Below, piece by piece: positions 9,844 through 19,968 of a stretch of DNA of 64,000 nt. Location: contig CAVPVX010000001.1 in the NCBI GenBank assembly GCA_963709345.1, positions 160,001-224,000 on the forward strand, in the 5' to 3' direction. This DNA is from an uncultured Actinomycetes bacterium. Lineage in GTDB: Bacteria > Actinomycetota > Thermoleophilia > UBA2241. Numbering within the stretch: position 1 is the first letter of the stretch; every line of letters starts with the position of its first letter. A program made the position numbers and the translations under genes. Below the pieces are notes generated by a model, which saw only the letters and a program-made list of their open reading frames with translations, had not been told where the DNA came from and ran no database searches.

Positions 9844-10347
9844 ATGACCGGAACGACGGAAGCGCGGATCGCGGTGGTCTCCGACACGCACGGGCTGCTG
9901 CCAAAACGCGTGCTGGAGGCGTGCGCCGGCGCGGACCACATCATCCACGCCGGTGACGTCGGCTCATCCACCGTCCTCGACGCGCTGGCGCGCCTGGCGC
10001 CGGTGACGGCGGTGCGCGGCAACCGCGACCACGACGCCTTCGGCCTCGAGCTGCCGGCCGAGGCGCTCGGCGACGTGGCCGGTCTGCGCTTCGCGGTCGC
10101 GCATAAGCGCCGCGACCTCAAGGCGGCCCATCCGGACCCGCAGACGGAAGGGCTCGGTCTGCTCGTGTACGGCGACTCGCACCGCGCCGAGCTGCGCTAC
10201 CGCGGGCACGAGCCGGGCGGCTACCCCGTCCTCTGGCTCAACCCCGGGACCGCGAGCGCCCCGCTGCCGCATGATCCGCGACCCAGCATGGCGTTCGTGA
10301 CCGTTCGCGGCGGGACTCCGGACGCGCGCATCGTCTTCTTCGACTGA
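9844..10347 (+). CDS. YfcE/MJ0936-type metallophosphoesterase
   Basis: SDTHG, HAGD, VRGNRD, GDSH, NPG motifs. Confidence 0.92.
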   Translation: MTGTTEARIAVVSDTHGLLPKRVLEACAGADHIIHAGDVGSSTVLDALARLAPVTAVRGNRDHDAFGLELPAEALGDVAGLRFAVAHKRRDLKAAHPDPQTEGLGLLVYGDSHRAELRYRGHEPGGYPVLWLNPGTASAPLPHDPRPSMAFVTVRGGTPDARIVFFD

Positions 10348-10465
10348 GCGCGCCCGAGACCGGCGCGCCACGTCGGACACAGGCAGCGTGGCGCCCGGGC
10401 GTCACGCAGCGCCGATGCTTGGCCGTATACTCGCAGCGCGACGGTCGAACGACGGGGAGGCAGAG

Positions 10466-10834
10466 ATGAAGGATCGGGCGAGCAAGGAACTCATCGAGGT
10501 CTACCTTGTGGAACCTGGCGGAGGGCGTCTGCCCTTCGGCTACAAGCTGAAGGCGTTCGAGTACTTCCCGCCCGATGCTCCGCTGCCCCAGGTCGGGGAT
10601 CTCATCCTGCTGCCGAGGCACGTCACCGGCGACACCAAGGAGCAGACCTTCGCGTGGGGCGGCGCGGTAGCGCCGTTCCGCGTCGTCGAGCGTCAGCACG
10701 TGTACTTCCGCGGGAAGGACGAGAAGTTCGACCGCGCCAATCCCACGGCGGCCCACTACGTGCGGACCCTGATCTGCATCCGGCGCCTCTCGACAGAGGA
10801 GTTCGAAGAGGGGCCGGCGCCGGCCGCCGGCTGA
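10466..10834 (+). CDS. Hypothetical protein
   Basis: ATG after GGGGAGG; globular composition. Confidence 0.72.
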   Translation: MKDRASKELIEVYLVEPGGGRLPFGYKLKAFEYFPPDAPLPQVGDLILLPRHVTGDTKEQTFAWGGAVAPFRVVERQHVYFRGKDEKFDRANPTAAHYVRTLICIRRLSTEEFEEGPAPAAG

Positions 10835-10911
10835 GCCGCAACGCCGACGACGAGATCGCGTAGGCAGGCCGGGTAGTATCTTCCTCGTCGGCAACCCATA
10901 GGGAGGCGATC

Positions 10912-11379
10912 GTGCGCAAGAAGGTCCTGTTTCTCTCCAGCGCCAACGGCGCGCGCAGCCAGATGGCGGAGGCCTTCCTGCGCGCCTTCGCGAACGACGG
11001 CTTCGAGGCGTACAGCGCCGGATCGACTCCTCACGGCATCCACCCGCTGGCAGTCGAAGTGATGGCCGAGCGCGAGATCGACATCCGTGGGCAACAGACC
11101 GACGGCCTGGAGGACTTCATCGGCACGGCCACATTCGACTTCCTCATCACCGTCTGCGACCGGGACGAGAAGGGCTGCCCCATGTACCCGGGCAAGGGGA
11201 CGCGCGAATACTGGCCCCTGACCGACCCGGGACGCACCGAGGGAAGCGACGCGGAGCGGCTGGCCGCGTTCCGCGACGCGCGCGACCACATCGAGGCGCG
11301 CGTCCGCAGGTGGCTCGTCGAGCGACGCTACAAGCCCGCGCCGCCGCCGGCTCCCGTGGACACCGGCGCCGACCGGTAG
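10912..11379 (+). CDS. arsC: ArsC/LMW-PTP family protein with P-loop Cys replaced by Ser
   Basis: VLFLSSANGARSQMAE, SAGS, TVCD..CP, W.LTDP, FRDARD. Confidence 0.8.
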   Translation: MRKKVLFLSSANGARSQMAEAFLRAFANDGFEAYSAGSTPHGIHPLAVEVMAEREIDIRGQQTDGLEDFIGTATFDFLITVCDRDEKGCPMYPGKGTREYWPLTDPGRTEGSDAERLAAFRDARDHIEARVRRWLVERRYKPAPPPAPVDTGADR

Positions 11380-11472
11380 TACGGCGCCGGGCGCATCACG
11401 ACCGCCGGGTGGGCGCCGGACCGGCCGCCTCGACCCGCGCCGCGAACGCGCGCAACGCCTGAGCGGCGCGCC

Positions 11473-11889
11473 TCACTCCGGCAGCGGCCGGGTGTCCCAC
11501 TCCGAAGGCGCGAACGCGCAGCCCGGCTCGGCCCCGACGACGAGCATCACGGTGCCGGCCTCGCTAGCCACCACACCACGCACCACCGCGGGGTCGGGCA
11601 CGTAGAGGAACGTACCCGCCGGCGCGTCGATCTCCTCGCCGCCGACGCGGTAGGTCGCGTGACCCGAGACGATCAGGAAGAGCTCCTCGTGGTTCGCCTT
11701 CACCTCGTCGTGGTCGTGCGTCAGCACGTCTCCCGCCTCGGTGGCCCTGGCGAGATTGGTGCCGAACGAATCGATGCCGAAGAAGCGCCGCACCGGTTTC
11801 CACTCCGTGCCCGGAGAGCTGCCCTCCTCGAACGGTATGTCATCGATGTGCGCCGCCGTGTAGGCCGCGCGATCAGCCGTGTCGCCCAT
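11473..11889 (-). CDS. Cupin domain protein
   Basis: HDHDE...HEELFLIVSG cupin motif. Confidence 0.85.
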   Translation of the reverse strand: MGDTADRAAYTAAHIDDIPFEEGSSPGTEWKPVRRFFGIDSFGTNLARATEAGDVLTHDHDEVKANHEELFLIVSGHATYRVGGEEIDAPAGTFLYVPDPAVVRGVVASEAGTVMLVVGAEPGCAFAPSEWDTRPLPE

Positions 11890-12073
11890 GTCCGCATCCC
11901 CTTGTCCTCGACTGCCGTTGCTTCGCCTCGGACTCTAGCAGGAGATCGGGGGTACCGGGGTGAAGAGCCGTCGCGCTCCACCGCCGGCCGGTCTGCTGGG
12001 AGGTATGCGAGATGCAGAACTCGAGGCAGGCTTGAACGGCCTGCGAGTCATGGCTCACCCCCGCAGGCTCACC

Positions 12074-12904
12074 TCAGCGCGGCTCGCCGAACAGGCAGCG
12101 CTCGGCGTTCCTGGCGAAGAACAGCTCGCGCAGCTCCGGCCTCACGGCTTCGCTCCAGGCCTCCACGGCGGCGCCGAACTCGACGAGCGGGTAGTCGGTG
12201 CCGAAGAGGCAGCGGTCCTTGAGGTAGGAGTTGACCGCCTGCAGCGTCGCCTCGGGCAGGTACTGCGGCCACAGGGCGCTGAACTCGAGGAAGACGTTCG
12301 GGTGCTTCTGCGCCACCGCCAGGCCGAGGGTGCCGAAGCCGTTGCCGGCGTGCGAGATCACCAGCTTCAGGTTGGGGAAGTCGATGGCGATCTCGTCCAT
12401 GTACTTGGGATCGCCGAGCCACATGCTCTGGAAGCGGTTGTAGTGCAGGCTGCCGTGGACGATGGCGACGAGGCCGTGGCTCTCGCAGTACGCGTAGAGG
12501 GGGTAGAGCACGCTGGCGTTGGCCGGGATCCCCCAGATCCACGGGCTGACGTTCACCCCGAGGAAGCCGGCCGTGCGGCAGCGCTCCAGCTCCTCGAGGT
12601 TGCGGCGCACGCCGTACTTGGGGTGGACGCCGGCGATGGTGTAGAAGGGGCTCTCGCCGCCGAAGGCGTCGACGACCGCCATGAGGTGGTCGTTGTCCTC
12701 GAGCGAGCCGCCGCACACGACGCCGCGCGAGACGCCGCCGCGCTTCATCGTGGCCACGTACTCGGGCATCTCGAGCGGCGTCAGCCGGGGTCGCATCTTG
12801 TAGAGGTCGATGTACTGCGCGAAGTGTGGCGCCGGATCGTCGGGGTTCCAGGGGCCGAGCATGTGCTCCGTCCGGAGCCGTACGCGGAAATCGACGACGT
12901 CCAT
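12074..12904 (-). CDS. Amidohydrolase_2 family protein
   Basis: LYPLYAYC..HG, FPNLKLVISHAG, HPNVFLEFS, LFGTDYP. Confidence 0.9.
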   Translation of the reverse strand: MDVVDFRVRLRTEHMLGPWNPDDPAPHFAQYIDLYKMRPRLTPLEMPEYVATMKRGGVSRGVVCGGSLEDNDHLMAVVDAFGGESPFYTIAGVHPKYGVRRNLEELERCRTAGFLGVNVSPWIWGIPANASVLYPLYAYCESHGLVAIVHGSLHYNRFQSMWLGDPKYMDEIAIDFPNLKLVISHAGNGFGTLGLAVAQKHPNVFLEFSALWPQYLPEATLQAVNSYLKDRCLFGTDYPLVEFGAAVEAWSEAVRPELRELFFARNAERCLFGEPR

Positions 12905-12931
12905 GCGTGCGTCCTTTCGTGTATCGGGCGG

Positions 12932-14077
12932 CTAGGTCGGTCGGGGCAGACCCTCGAGGACGAGCGCCGTGATGTACCACGCGGCGTTGTCGGTGACCGC
13001 AGGCTCCCCACGCAGCTCCTCCGGGACGTAGAGGAAGAACTGGCGAGGACGGGCCCTCTTGGTGAGGGAGGCCGGTGAGAGGGCGGCCGTGTCGATGAAG
13101 CCGGCGCTCCTCAGCCGGGTCGGGAGGAGTGCGGAGCGCCGCAGCGTCAGGCACTTGATGCGCGTGACCCCGAGCTCCCGGCCGCGCCGCTCCAGTGCGG
13201 CGAGGATGTGGCGGAACAGGTCGGCGCGGGCGCCGTCCGCGAGGACGTCGACCACGTGCAGCGTGTCCCCCTGGACGAAGGAGATGACGTACCCGAGAAG
13301 CCCGCCCTCGCCGTGAATGGCCAGGTACTCGTGCGCGACGTGGGGGTCGTCGCTCACCCGCCACTGCAGATAACCGGCGCTGCGCTCGACGCTGATACCG
13401 TAGCGTTCGCGGTTCCGCTCCCAGAGGCCTGCGATCTCCTGGAGCGGCGCGTCGGCCGGGTCGTGGAGCGTGACCCGGTAGCGGCACGCGCGTGGACGGC
13501 GCAGGTGGCTGTACGCCTGCAGGGCCACGGCGAGCACGGCGCTGAGCGCCGGCGCCAGCTTCTTCGCGACGGCGCCCTTGGCCGTCAGAATCGAGCTGAT
13601 GTCCCGGCGGAGCGCGCTCGTCGTCAGCCAAAGCGTGAAGTTGGCCCAGTCGTCGAAGGCCACGTAGCCGAGCTTCGCGCGGACCCTGCCGACGGCGCCC
13701 CCGGCGACCTGCCCGGCGGTGGTGAAGAAGAAGCTGAACCGCTCCTTCTCCTTCTCGAAGCACGCCCGCTCGTGAGCCGAGTAGAGGCCCGAGCCGCGGT
13801 GGTCGGGGTGACTCATGCAGTTCTCGGTCTTGCCCGCGAGCGCAGGACGACCCCAGACGCTGAGCGGCGTCGGGATGAGGCTGTACTGGGCGACGAGCTG
13901 GTCGCCCTCCTCGCGGTCGAGGTCGAAGACCAGGTTCATGCTCCCCTGCCCCGCCCAGGTGTCGAGCCACTCCCAGGCGAACTGCCCGGGCGTCCGGTCC
14001 CTGCCCGTGAGGAAGAGGTAGAGCCGGTTGATCTGGACCTCGTCGCCCGGCTGATAGGGTCGGCTGACTATGCGCAC
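12932..14077 (-). CDS. GNAT family N-acetyltransferase
   Basis: SRPYQPGDE, MSHPDHRGSGLY, RSAGYLQWR. Confidence 0.85.
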   Translation of the reverse strand: MRIVSRPYQPGDEVQINRLYLFLTGRDRTPGQFAWEWLDTWAGQGSMNLVFDLDREEGDQLVAQYSLIPTPLSVWGRPALAGKTENCMSHPDHRGSGLYSAHERACFEKEKERFSFFFTTAGQVAGGAVGRVRAKLGYVAFDDWANFTLWLTTSALRRDISSILTAKGAVAKKLAPALSAVLAVALQAYSHLRRPRACRYRVTLHDPADAPLQEIAGLWERNRERYGISVERSAGYLQWRVSDDPHVAHEYLAIHGEGGLLGYVISFVQGDTLHVVDVLADGARADLFRHILAALERRGRELGVTRIKCLTLRRSALLPTRLRSAGFIDTAALSPASLTKRARPRQFFLYVPEELRGEPAVTDNAAWYITALVLEGLPRPT

Positions 14078-14189
14078 TGGGCAGACCTGCCTTGTTCCGG
14101 TCTGTGCGTCGGGCGTCTACTGGTCTTCGTGGCAGGGAGTATCGTCCACCGTCACGCAGGAGCGCAACCAGCCGCGACGATCCTCGCGC

Positions 14190-14390
14190 GCAGGAGCCGG
14201 TAGGGATACCCTGCCACGTTCAACCCGGTGACTACGCCCCCGATCCTCAACGAGGACGCTCGCCGGCGAGCGTCAGCTGCCCGCTCCGCCACTCGACACG
14301 GACGACGTTGCCGTGGTCATCGTCGTCCCGGTAGGGGCCGAGCAGGCGCTCCACCTCCAGCGGCGGCGGCGGCGGGCGCAGCGGACGGCG
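14190..14390 (-). pseudogene. Possible C-terminal remnant of a serine hydrolase (beta-lactamase-like)
   Basis: Minus-strand pieces PPPPLEVERLLGPYRDDDDHGNVVRVEWRSGQLTL and GVVTGLNVAGYPYRLL; no start codon; perfect 20-bp palindrome at 14255-14274 lies at the break. Confidence 0.35.
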
Positions 14391-14746
14391 AGGAGCTCAG
14401 CGAGGCGCTGGACGTGTAGTTCACGCTGCTTCTGAAGATGGTGTTGAACTGGCCTTCCCCGCCGGCAGGCGACCCGAGCACTTCTCCTGACGGACATGCG
14501 ACCCACAGAAGCCCCGTGCAGCCCACATCCGGCGTCCGATCCAAGTCATCGAGACCCGCGACCACCAGGGCATGGGGAGCGCTGGAATCGCCCGCCGGTA
14601 CGTAGGACGCGCCACCCTCCAGGACGGCGGGGCGATCCCCGACGTTTGCGGCATGCCACGGCATGGGCAAACCACTGGGACCCCGAGACGGTGGGTCGCT
14701 CACCATTCCCGCTCGCACGGATCTCGGCAGAACCAGGAGGCCGAAG

Positions 14747-16123
14747 GTGGACCAATCCAGTCGCTACGCCGATCTCACTCTCGACGAGGCCGAACTCATC
14801 AGAGGGGGGCGCCACGTCCTCTGCGCCTACCGCATGAAGCCCAAGACCGGGTACGGCTATCTCGCCACGGCGGCGCACTTCGCCGCCGAGTCCTCCACCG
14901 GCACGAACGTCGAGGTCTCCACCACCGACGACTTCACGCGCTCGGTGGACGCCCTCGTCTACGACGTGGACGAGGCGGACGACCTCATGAAGATCGCGTA
15001 CCCGCTCGAACTCTTCGACCGCAACATCATAGATGGCAAGGCGATGATCGTCTCCTTTCTCACGCTCGCCATCGGCAACAACCAGGGCATGGGCGACGTG
15101 GAGTACGCGAAGCTGCACGACTTCTATGTCCCCCCCGCGTACCTGGAACAGTTCGACGGGCCCGCCAGGAACATCGTGGATTTCTGGCGCATCCTGGGCC
15201 GCCCCCTCAAAGACGGGGGCATGATCGTCGGCACCATCATCAAGCCCAAGCTGGGCCTGCGACCGGAGCTGTTCGCGAACGCCTGCTACCAGTTCTGGCT
15301 GGACGGCGACTTCGTCAAGAACGACGAGCCGCAAGGCAACCAGGTCTTCGCGCCGTATCGGGAGACCATGCTCCTGGTGGCGGACGCTCTGCGGCGTGCG
15401 CAGGAGGAGACCGGCGAGGCCAAACTCTTCTCCGCGAACATCACCGCGGACGACCCCGCGGAGATGGTCGCCCGCGGCGAGACCGTGCTCGAGGCGTTCG
15501 GCGAGAACGCGGACCACGTCGCCTTTCTCGTCGACGGCTACGTGGGCGGCCCCTCGGCGGTCACGACCTGCCGGCGCCGCTTCCCGGACCAGTTTCTGCA
15601 CTACCACCGCGCCGGGCACGGCGCGGTGACCTCGCCGCAGTCGAAGCGCGGCTACACCGCCTTCGTCCTCGCGAAGATGTCGCGCCTGCAGGGAGCGTCC
15701 GGTATCCACACCGGGACGATGGGCTACGGCAAGATGGAGGGTGACCCGAGCGATCGAGCGATGGCCTACATGATCGAGCGCGACGTCGCTGACGGCCCCT
15801 TCTACCATCAGGAGTGGTTGGGGATGAAGGCGACAAGCGCGATGATCTCGGGCGGTATGAATGCCCTGCGCCTCCCCGGCTTCTTCGACAACCTCGGCCA
15901 CGCCAACGTCGTGCAGACCTCGGGCGGAGGAGCTTTCGGCCACCTCGACGGCCCAGCCGCCGGTGCTCTGTCGCTGCGCCAGTCGGTGGACGCCTGGACT
16001 GCCCGCGTGGACCTGCTCGAGTACGCCAGGGAGCACCGCGAGCTGGCGCGCGCCTTCCAGTCGTTCTCTGACGACGCCGACGAACTGTATCCGGACTGGC
16101 GCTCGGTGCTGGGCGAAACCTGA
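14747..16123 (+). CDS. cbbM: Ribulose-1,5-bisphosphate carboxylase/oxygenase, form II
   Basis: GTG after AGGAGG; [10 protein letters not shown] start; [63 protein letters not shown]; 458 aa. Confidence 0.97.
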   Translation: MDQSSRYADLTLDEAELIRGGRHVLCAYRMKPKTGYGYLATAAHFAAESSTGTNVEVSTTDDFTRSVDALVYDVDEADDLMKIAYPLELFDRNIIDGKAMIVSFLTLAIGNNQGMGDVEYAKLHDFYVPPAYLEQFDGPARNIVDFWRILGRPLKDGGMIVGTIIKPKLGLRPELFANACYQFWLDGDFVKNDEPQGNQVFAPYRETMLLVADALRRAQEETGEAKLFSANITADDPAEMVARGETVLEAFGENADHVAFLVDGYVGGPSAVTTCRRRFPDQFLHYHRAGHGAVTSPQSKRGYTAFVLAKMSRLQGASGIHTGTMGYGKMEGDPSDRAMAYMIERDVADGPFYHQEWLGMKATSAMISGGMNALRLPGFFDNLGHANVVQTSGGGAFGHLDGPAAGALSLRQSVDAWTARVDLLEYAREHRELARAFQSFSDDADELYPDWRSVLGET

Positions 16124-16145
16124 GAGTCAAGCAAGGGGGAGGCGC

Positions 16146-17039
16146 ATGTCTGCCAAGCACCCGGTGATCGCCGTCACCGGCTCCAGCGGGGCCGGGACGA
16201 CCACTGTGAAGACGTCCTTCGAGCACATCTTCCATCGCGAGAACATCCGCGCAGCAGTCGTTGAAGGGGACAGCTTCCACAAGTACGATCGCGAGGAGAT
16301 GAAGGAGGCCATCGCGGCCGCCGAGAGCAGGGGCGAGCGACCGGTGAGCCATTTCGGGCCCCGAGCCAATCTCTTCGAGGAACTGGAGGCCCTGTTCCGC
16401 ACGTACGGGGATTCAGGGAAAGGACGGCACAGGTTCTACGTGCACAACGAGGAAGAGGCGGCCGTCCGTAACCGCGAGCCGGGTACCTTCACCCCATGGG
16501 AGGACCTTCCTGGTGAAACCGACGTGCTCTTCTATGAAGGACTCCACGGCGGCGTCCGCACCGAGAACGTCAACGTCGCCCGGTATGTCGACCTGCTCAT
16601 CGGCGTCGTGCCGATCGTCAATCTCGAATGGATCCAGAAGATCCACCGCGACACGCGCGCGAGGGGTTACTCGGTCGAAGCCGCGACAGACACCATCCTG
16701 CGACGCATGCACGACTACGTCCACTACGTCACGCCGCAGTTCTCGCATACCCACGTCAACTTCCAGCGGGTGCCCGTGGTCGACACGTCGAACCCCTTCG
16801 TCGCTCGAGACATCCCGACCCTGGACGAGTCGCTTTTCGTCGTCCGCTTCCGTGACCCCACGGGTGTCGACTTCCCCAACCTGCTGGCCATGATCCACGA
16901 CTCGTTCATGTCGCGCCCCAATTGCATCGTCGTCCCGGGCGGCAAGATGGAGATGGCGATCCGGCTCGTCGTTACGCCACTTCTCCAAACGATCATGGAT
17001 CGTCGCAAGAGCGCGAAGCAGGGGGACGGGCACTACTGA
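16146..17039 (+). CDS. prk: Phosphoribulokinase, proteobacterial (PrkB/CbbP) type
   Basis: MSAKHPVIAVTGSSGAGTT, EGDSFH, FYEGLHG, NLEWIQK, FQRVPVVDTSNPF, VVPGGKM; GGGGGAGG RBS. Confidence 0.96.
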   Translation: MSAKHPVIAVTGSSGAGTTTVKTSFEHIFHRENIRAAVVEGDSFHKYDREEMKEAIAAAESRGERPVSHFGPRANLFEELEALFRTYGDSGKGRHRFYVHNEEEAAVRNREPGTFTPWEDLPGETDVLFYEGLHGGVRTENVNVARYVDLLIGVVPIVNLEWIQKIHRDTRARGYSVEAATDTILRRMHDYVHYVTPQFSHTHVNFQRVPVVDTSNPFVARDIPTLDESLFVVRFRDPTGVDFPNLLAMIHDSFMSRPNCIVVPGGKMEMAIRLVVTPLLQTIMDRRKSAKQGDGHY

Positions 17040-17106
17040 GCCGAGTCTCGCGCTCTTCCGGGTCGAGCATCCGAGCAGCGGCGACCTGCTCCGCCTGGCG
17101 GGGACT

Positions 17107-17289
17107 TTGAGCCGAAATCTTGTCCTGGTGCGCAAAGACGGGACCAGCTTCCCCGTGTGCCTCGATGCGGTGCGCCTCTCGGCGAGGCGCTTCCTCGGCT
17201 TCGTCGTCGATGTGAACGAGCAGCAGCGCGCCGAAGACGCGATCTTCGCCGGCGCCGCTGGTGCGGGGAAGCAGGCGGAGGCGGGGTAG
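17107..17289 (+). pseudogene. PAS/PAC domain remnant
   Basis: RKDGTSFPV...DVNEQQRAE is a PAC-like tail only. Confidence 0.5.
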
Positions 17290-17292
17290 AGT

Positions 17293-18651
17293 GTGGCCAA
17301 GATGAGCGGCCACAGCACTAGCGAAGACTCCACATCCGCCGCGGCGAGCGAGCCGGGCCCCGTCGTCAGTACGCCCCCGGCCGACGTCGAGGCGGACTCG
17401 CGGCCGAACGGCGCCCGCGACTTCGTTCGCGACCTGTTCTCGCGCGAGCTGCTTCGCTACCTGGGGCCGGGGTTCATCGTCACGATCGGATTCATCGACC
17501 CAGGCAACTGGGCGACCAACATCGCCGGCGGCTCCGAATTCGGCTATGCGCTGCTCTGGGTCGTCTCACTGAGCACGCTCATGCTCATCTTCCTGCAGCA
17601 CCTTTCCGCCAAGCTGGGGATCGTCACCGGGCACTCACTGGCGGTCAACGTTCGCGAGCAGCTCCCGAAGCCCGTCGTCTGGATCGCCGGCGTGACGATC
17701 GTGCTGGCATGCATGGCGACTGACCTGGCGGAGTATCTCGGAGCCGCCCTGGGCTTCTACCTGCTTTTCGGCTTGCCACTGTGGCTCGGGACACCGTTGA
17801 CGGTCGCCCTCGTCTTCGTCGCCATCCTGGGGCAGCAGTACCATCGGCTCGAGCGCATGATCGTCGTCTTTCTGGCGATCATCGCGGCCTGCTACATCGT
17901 CGAGTTGTTTCTGGTCCACCCTGACTGGGCGGCGGCGGGGCCCAAGTGGGTCATCCCATCCGTGGACGGCGCCAGCATCCTCGTCGCCCTCGGCATGCTC
18001 GGCGCGATCGTGATGCCGCACAACATCTACGTGCACTCCAACGTCATACTCTCGCGCGATTGGGACCTCGCCCCCGCCCGCCGCCGCCGGCTCATGAACT
18101 TCGAGCTCATCGACACGAGCCTGGCCATGGGCATGGGCTGGCTCGTCAACTCCGCGATGATCATCGTCGCGGCGGCGGTCTTCTTCGGCGCCGGAGTCAC
18201 GGTGACGAGCATCGAACAGGCGTCGGCAACGCTCGAGCCGCTAGTCGGACCGTTGTCACAGCTCCTCTTCGGCCTGGCGCTGCTGGTCGCCGGGCTCGCG
18301 TCGTCGATCACCTCGTCGCTCGCGGAGGCGAACGTCGTCACGGGATATCTCGGCAGGCCGGAGGACCCGCGCACCTCGTTCTACAGGATCGGGCTCGTGG
18401 TCACCTCCTTGCCCGCGATGTTCATCATCGTCCTTGGTGTCGACACCTTCATGGCCCTGATCGTCAGCCAGGTGCTGCTCAGCATCCAGTTGCCGTTCAC
18501 GATCATTCCGCTGCTCTGGTTGTCGCGCAGCCGGCGCGTGATGGGCGCCGAGCGCATGAACGTGGTACAGCTCGGCGTGGGCGTCCTTCTTGCGACGATC
18601 ATTATCGGGTTGAACGGGTACCTCCTCTACGAGATCTTCTTCGGAGGCTGA
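17293..18651 (+). CDS. mntH: NRAMP family divalent metal (Mn2+/Fe2+) transporter
   Basis: GFIDPGNWATN, GAIVMPHN, SQVLLSIQLPF. Confidence 0.95.
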   Translation: MAKMSGHSTSEDSTSAAASEPGPVVSTPPADVEADSRPNGARDFVRDLFSRELLRYLGPGFIVTIGFIDPGNWATNIAGGSEFGYALLWVVSLSTLMLIFLQHLSAKLGIVTGHSLAVNVREQLPKPVVWIAGVTIVLACMATDLAEYLGAALGFYLLFGLPLWLGTPLTVALVFVAILGQQYHRLERMIVVFLAIIAACYIVELFLVHPDWAAAGPKWVIPSVDGASILVALGMLGAIVMPHNIYVHSNVILSRDWDLAPARRRRLMNFELIDTSLAMGMGWLVNSAMIIVAAAVFFGAGVTVTSIEQASATLEPLVGPLSQLLFGLALLVAGLASSITSSLAEANVVTGYLGRPEDPRTSFYRIGLVVTSLPAMFIIVLGVDTFMALIVSQVLLSIQLPFTIIPLLWLSRSRRVMGAERMNVVQLGVGVLLATIIIGLNGYLLYEIFFGG

Positions 18652-18654
18652 GGG

Positions 18655-19071
18655 ATGGCAGTCTACGATCACATCCTCGTGCCGGTCGAAGGCACTGAGA
18701 CCGACGGGCTGGTGCTGGAGCACGTTGTTGAGCTGGCCGGCGCCTGCGGCGCCGAAGTCACGCTGCTCCGCGTCGCGCACTTCCACACGCGCGAGCAACG
18801 AGCCAGCGAGATCGAAGACGGCGAAGATGACCTGGAGCGTGCCGCGGAGCGGCTGCGCAGCCGCGGCATCACGGTCAGGACACTCATCCTGCCCGGCGAG
18901 CCACAGGAGGTCATCGTCCAGCAGGCCGAGGCGCTCCGCCCCGACCTGATCGCGATGGCCACGCACGGGCATGGCTGGGCCAAGCGCATCGTCCTCGGCA
19001 GCGTGGCCGATCACGTGCGGCACAACACCGACGTGCCGCTGCTGCTGCTCAAGGGCGGGTCCGCGAGCTGA
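18655..19071 (+). CDS. Universal stress protein
   Basis: HILVPVEG, DLIAMATHG, LGSVADHV. Confidence 0.92.
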   Translation: MAVYDHILVPVEGTETDGLVLEHVVELAGACGAEVTLLRVAHFHTREQRASEIEDGEDDLERAAERLRSRGITVRTLILPGEPQEVIVQQAEALRPDLIAMATHGHGWAKRIVLGSVADHVRHNTDVPLLLLKGGSAS

Positions 19072-19119
19072 TCGGCGCGCTTCCAGGCGGGCGAGGGCGG
19101 CCGGACCAAGCGATGCAGT

Positions 19120-19590
19120 TCTCCTGAGCCCTCTCCGCGCATCGCGATCGTCGCGGGCATCCCGATCGTGCTGTTCGTCGGGGGGAGCGCCCTGGCGGCG
19201 CGGTTCACGGAGAGCGACAGATTCTGTGGCACCGACTGTCATGGGATGTGGCCGTACCGCGACGCGTGGGAGAAGTCGGCGCACAAGAACACCGGCTGCG
19301 TGCAGTGCCACTTCCCGCCTGGAACCGTGAACTTCGTCGAGACCATGGTGTGCGCGTCGCGCGCGGCCTGGGTCCACTCCACCGGGCAGGTCAAGGCGCC
19401 GATCAAGCTAACGCGCCACGTCCCCGACTCCGCCTGCCTGCGTTCCGGCTGCCACACGAGCGCTCAGACCGCCAAGAGCCTGAAGCTGGGCGCCCCGCCC
19501 CGGTGATGTTCCAGCACGGCAGAGCGGGGCACGCCAAGCAGCAGTGCATCGCGTGCCACGCGTCGCTGGTGCACGCCCTGGACAACGGCT
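19120..19590 (+). pseudogene. Multiheme c-type cytochrome (NapC/NirT-like N-terminus), truncated and frameshifted
   Basis: TM segment, then CGTDCH, CVQCH, CLRSGCH; CIACH follows a frameshift at ~19500. Confidence 0.75.
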
Positions 19591-19799
19591 ACCGCATCTC
19601 GCCGTGGGGACCAGGCGGGCATGCAGGCCTCGCGGACAACGGTACTGGAGAAGGAGCCGCCCGATACGTCGAGGAAGCTGAGCCAGCCGTCGTACCAGCC
19701 GTCCGCCAATCCGAAGGCGGCCCGCGCAGATTCGGGCGCCCAACTGAAGCCGGTTGCTCCGACTCCCGGCATCTCGACGACCGCGCATGGCAGCCGTGC

Positions 19800-19968
19800 C
19801 CGTGTCGGCGTCCGGCCTGCGCGCCGCGGCGAGGTCGGTGGCTCCGGCCCAAGCCAGGCCGTCGCGGGTGACGACGCCCACGGCGGCGCCCGACAGGCGC
19901 TCCTCGCGCACGAACGCGTGGGTGCGCTCGAGCAGCCGCGCGACGACGGTCGTGATGATCGCATCCAT
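19800..19968 (-). pseudogene. N-terminal remnant of a serine hydrolase (beta-lactamase family)
   Basis: MDAIITTV...LSGAAVGVVTRDGLAWAG..DLAAARRPDADT, ending just before the expected SxxK motif. Confidence 0.6.

Noticed and set aside
14650-14705. GGGCAAACC...GGGAC upstream of cbbM as a c-di-GMP-I riboswitch
   Set aside because: Lacks the GNRA-capped P2, GCAAAG and P3 elements. The CATGCC-AC-GGCATG inverted repeat nearby may be an operator but has no other support.
14747-16123. RuBisCO-like protein (form IV) or form II/III nucleoside-salvage enzyme
   Set aside because: The catalytic motifs are complete, it has the form II N-terminus and length, and PRK rather than AMP phosphorylase or an isomerase is adjacent.
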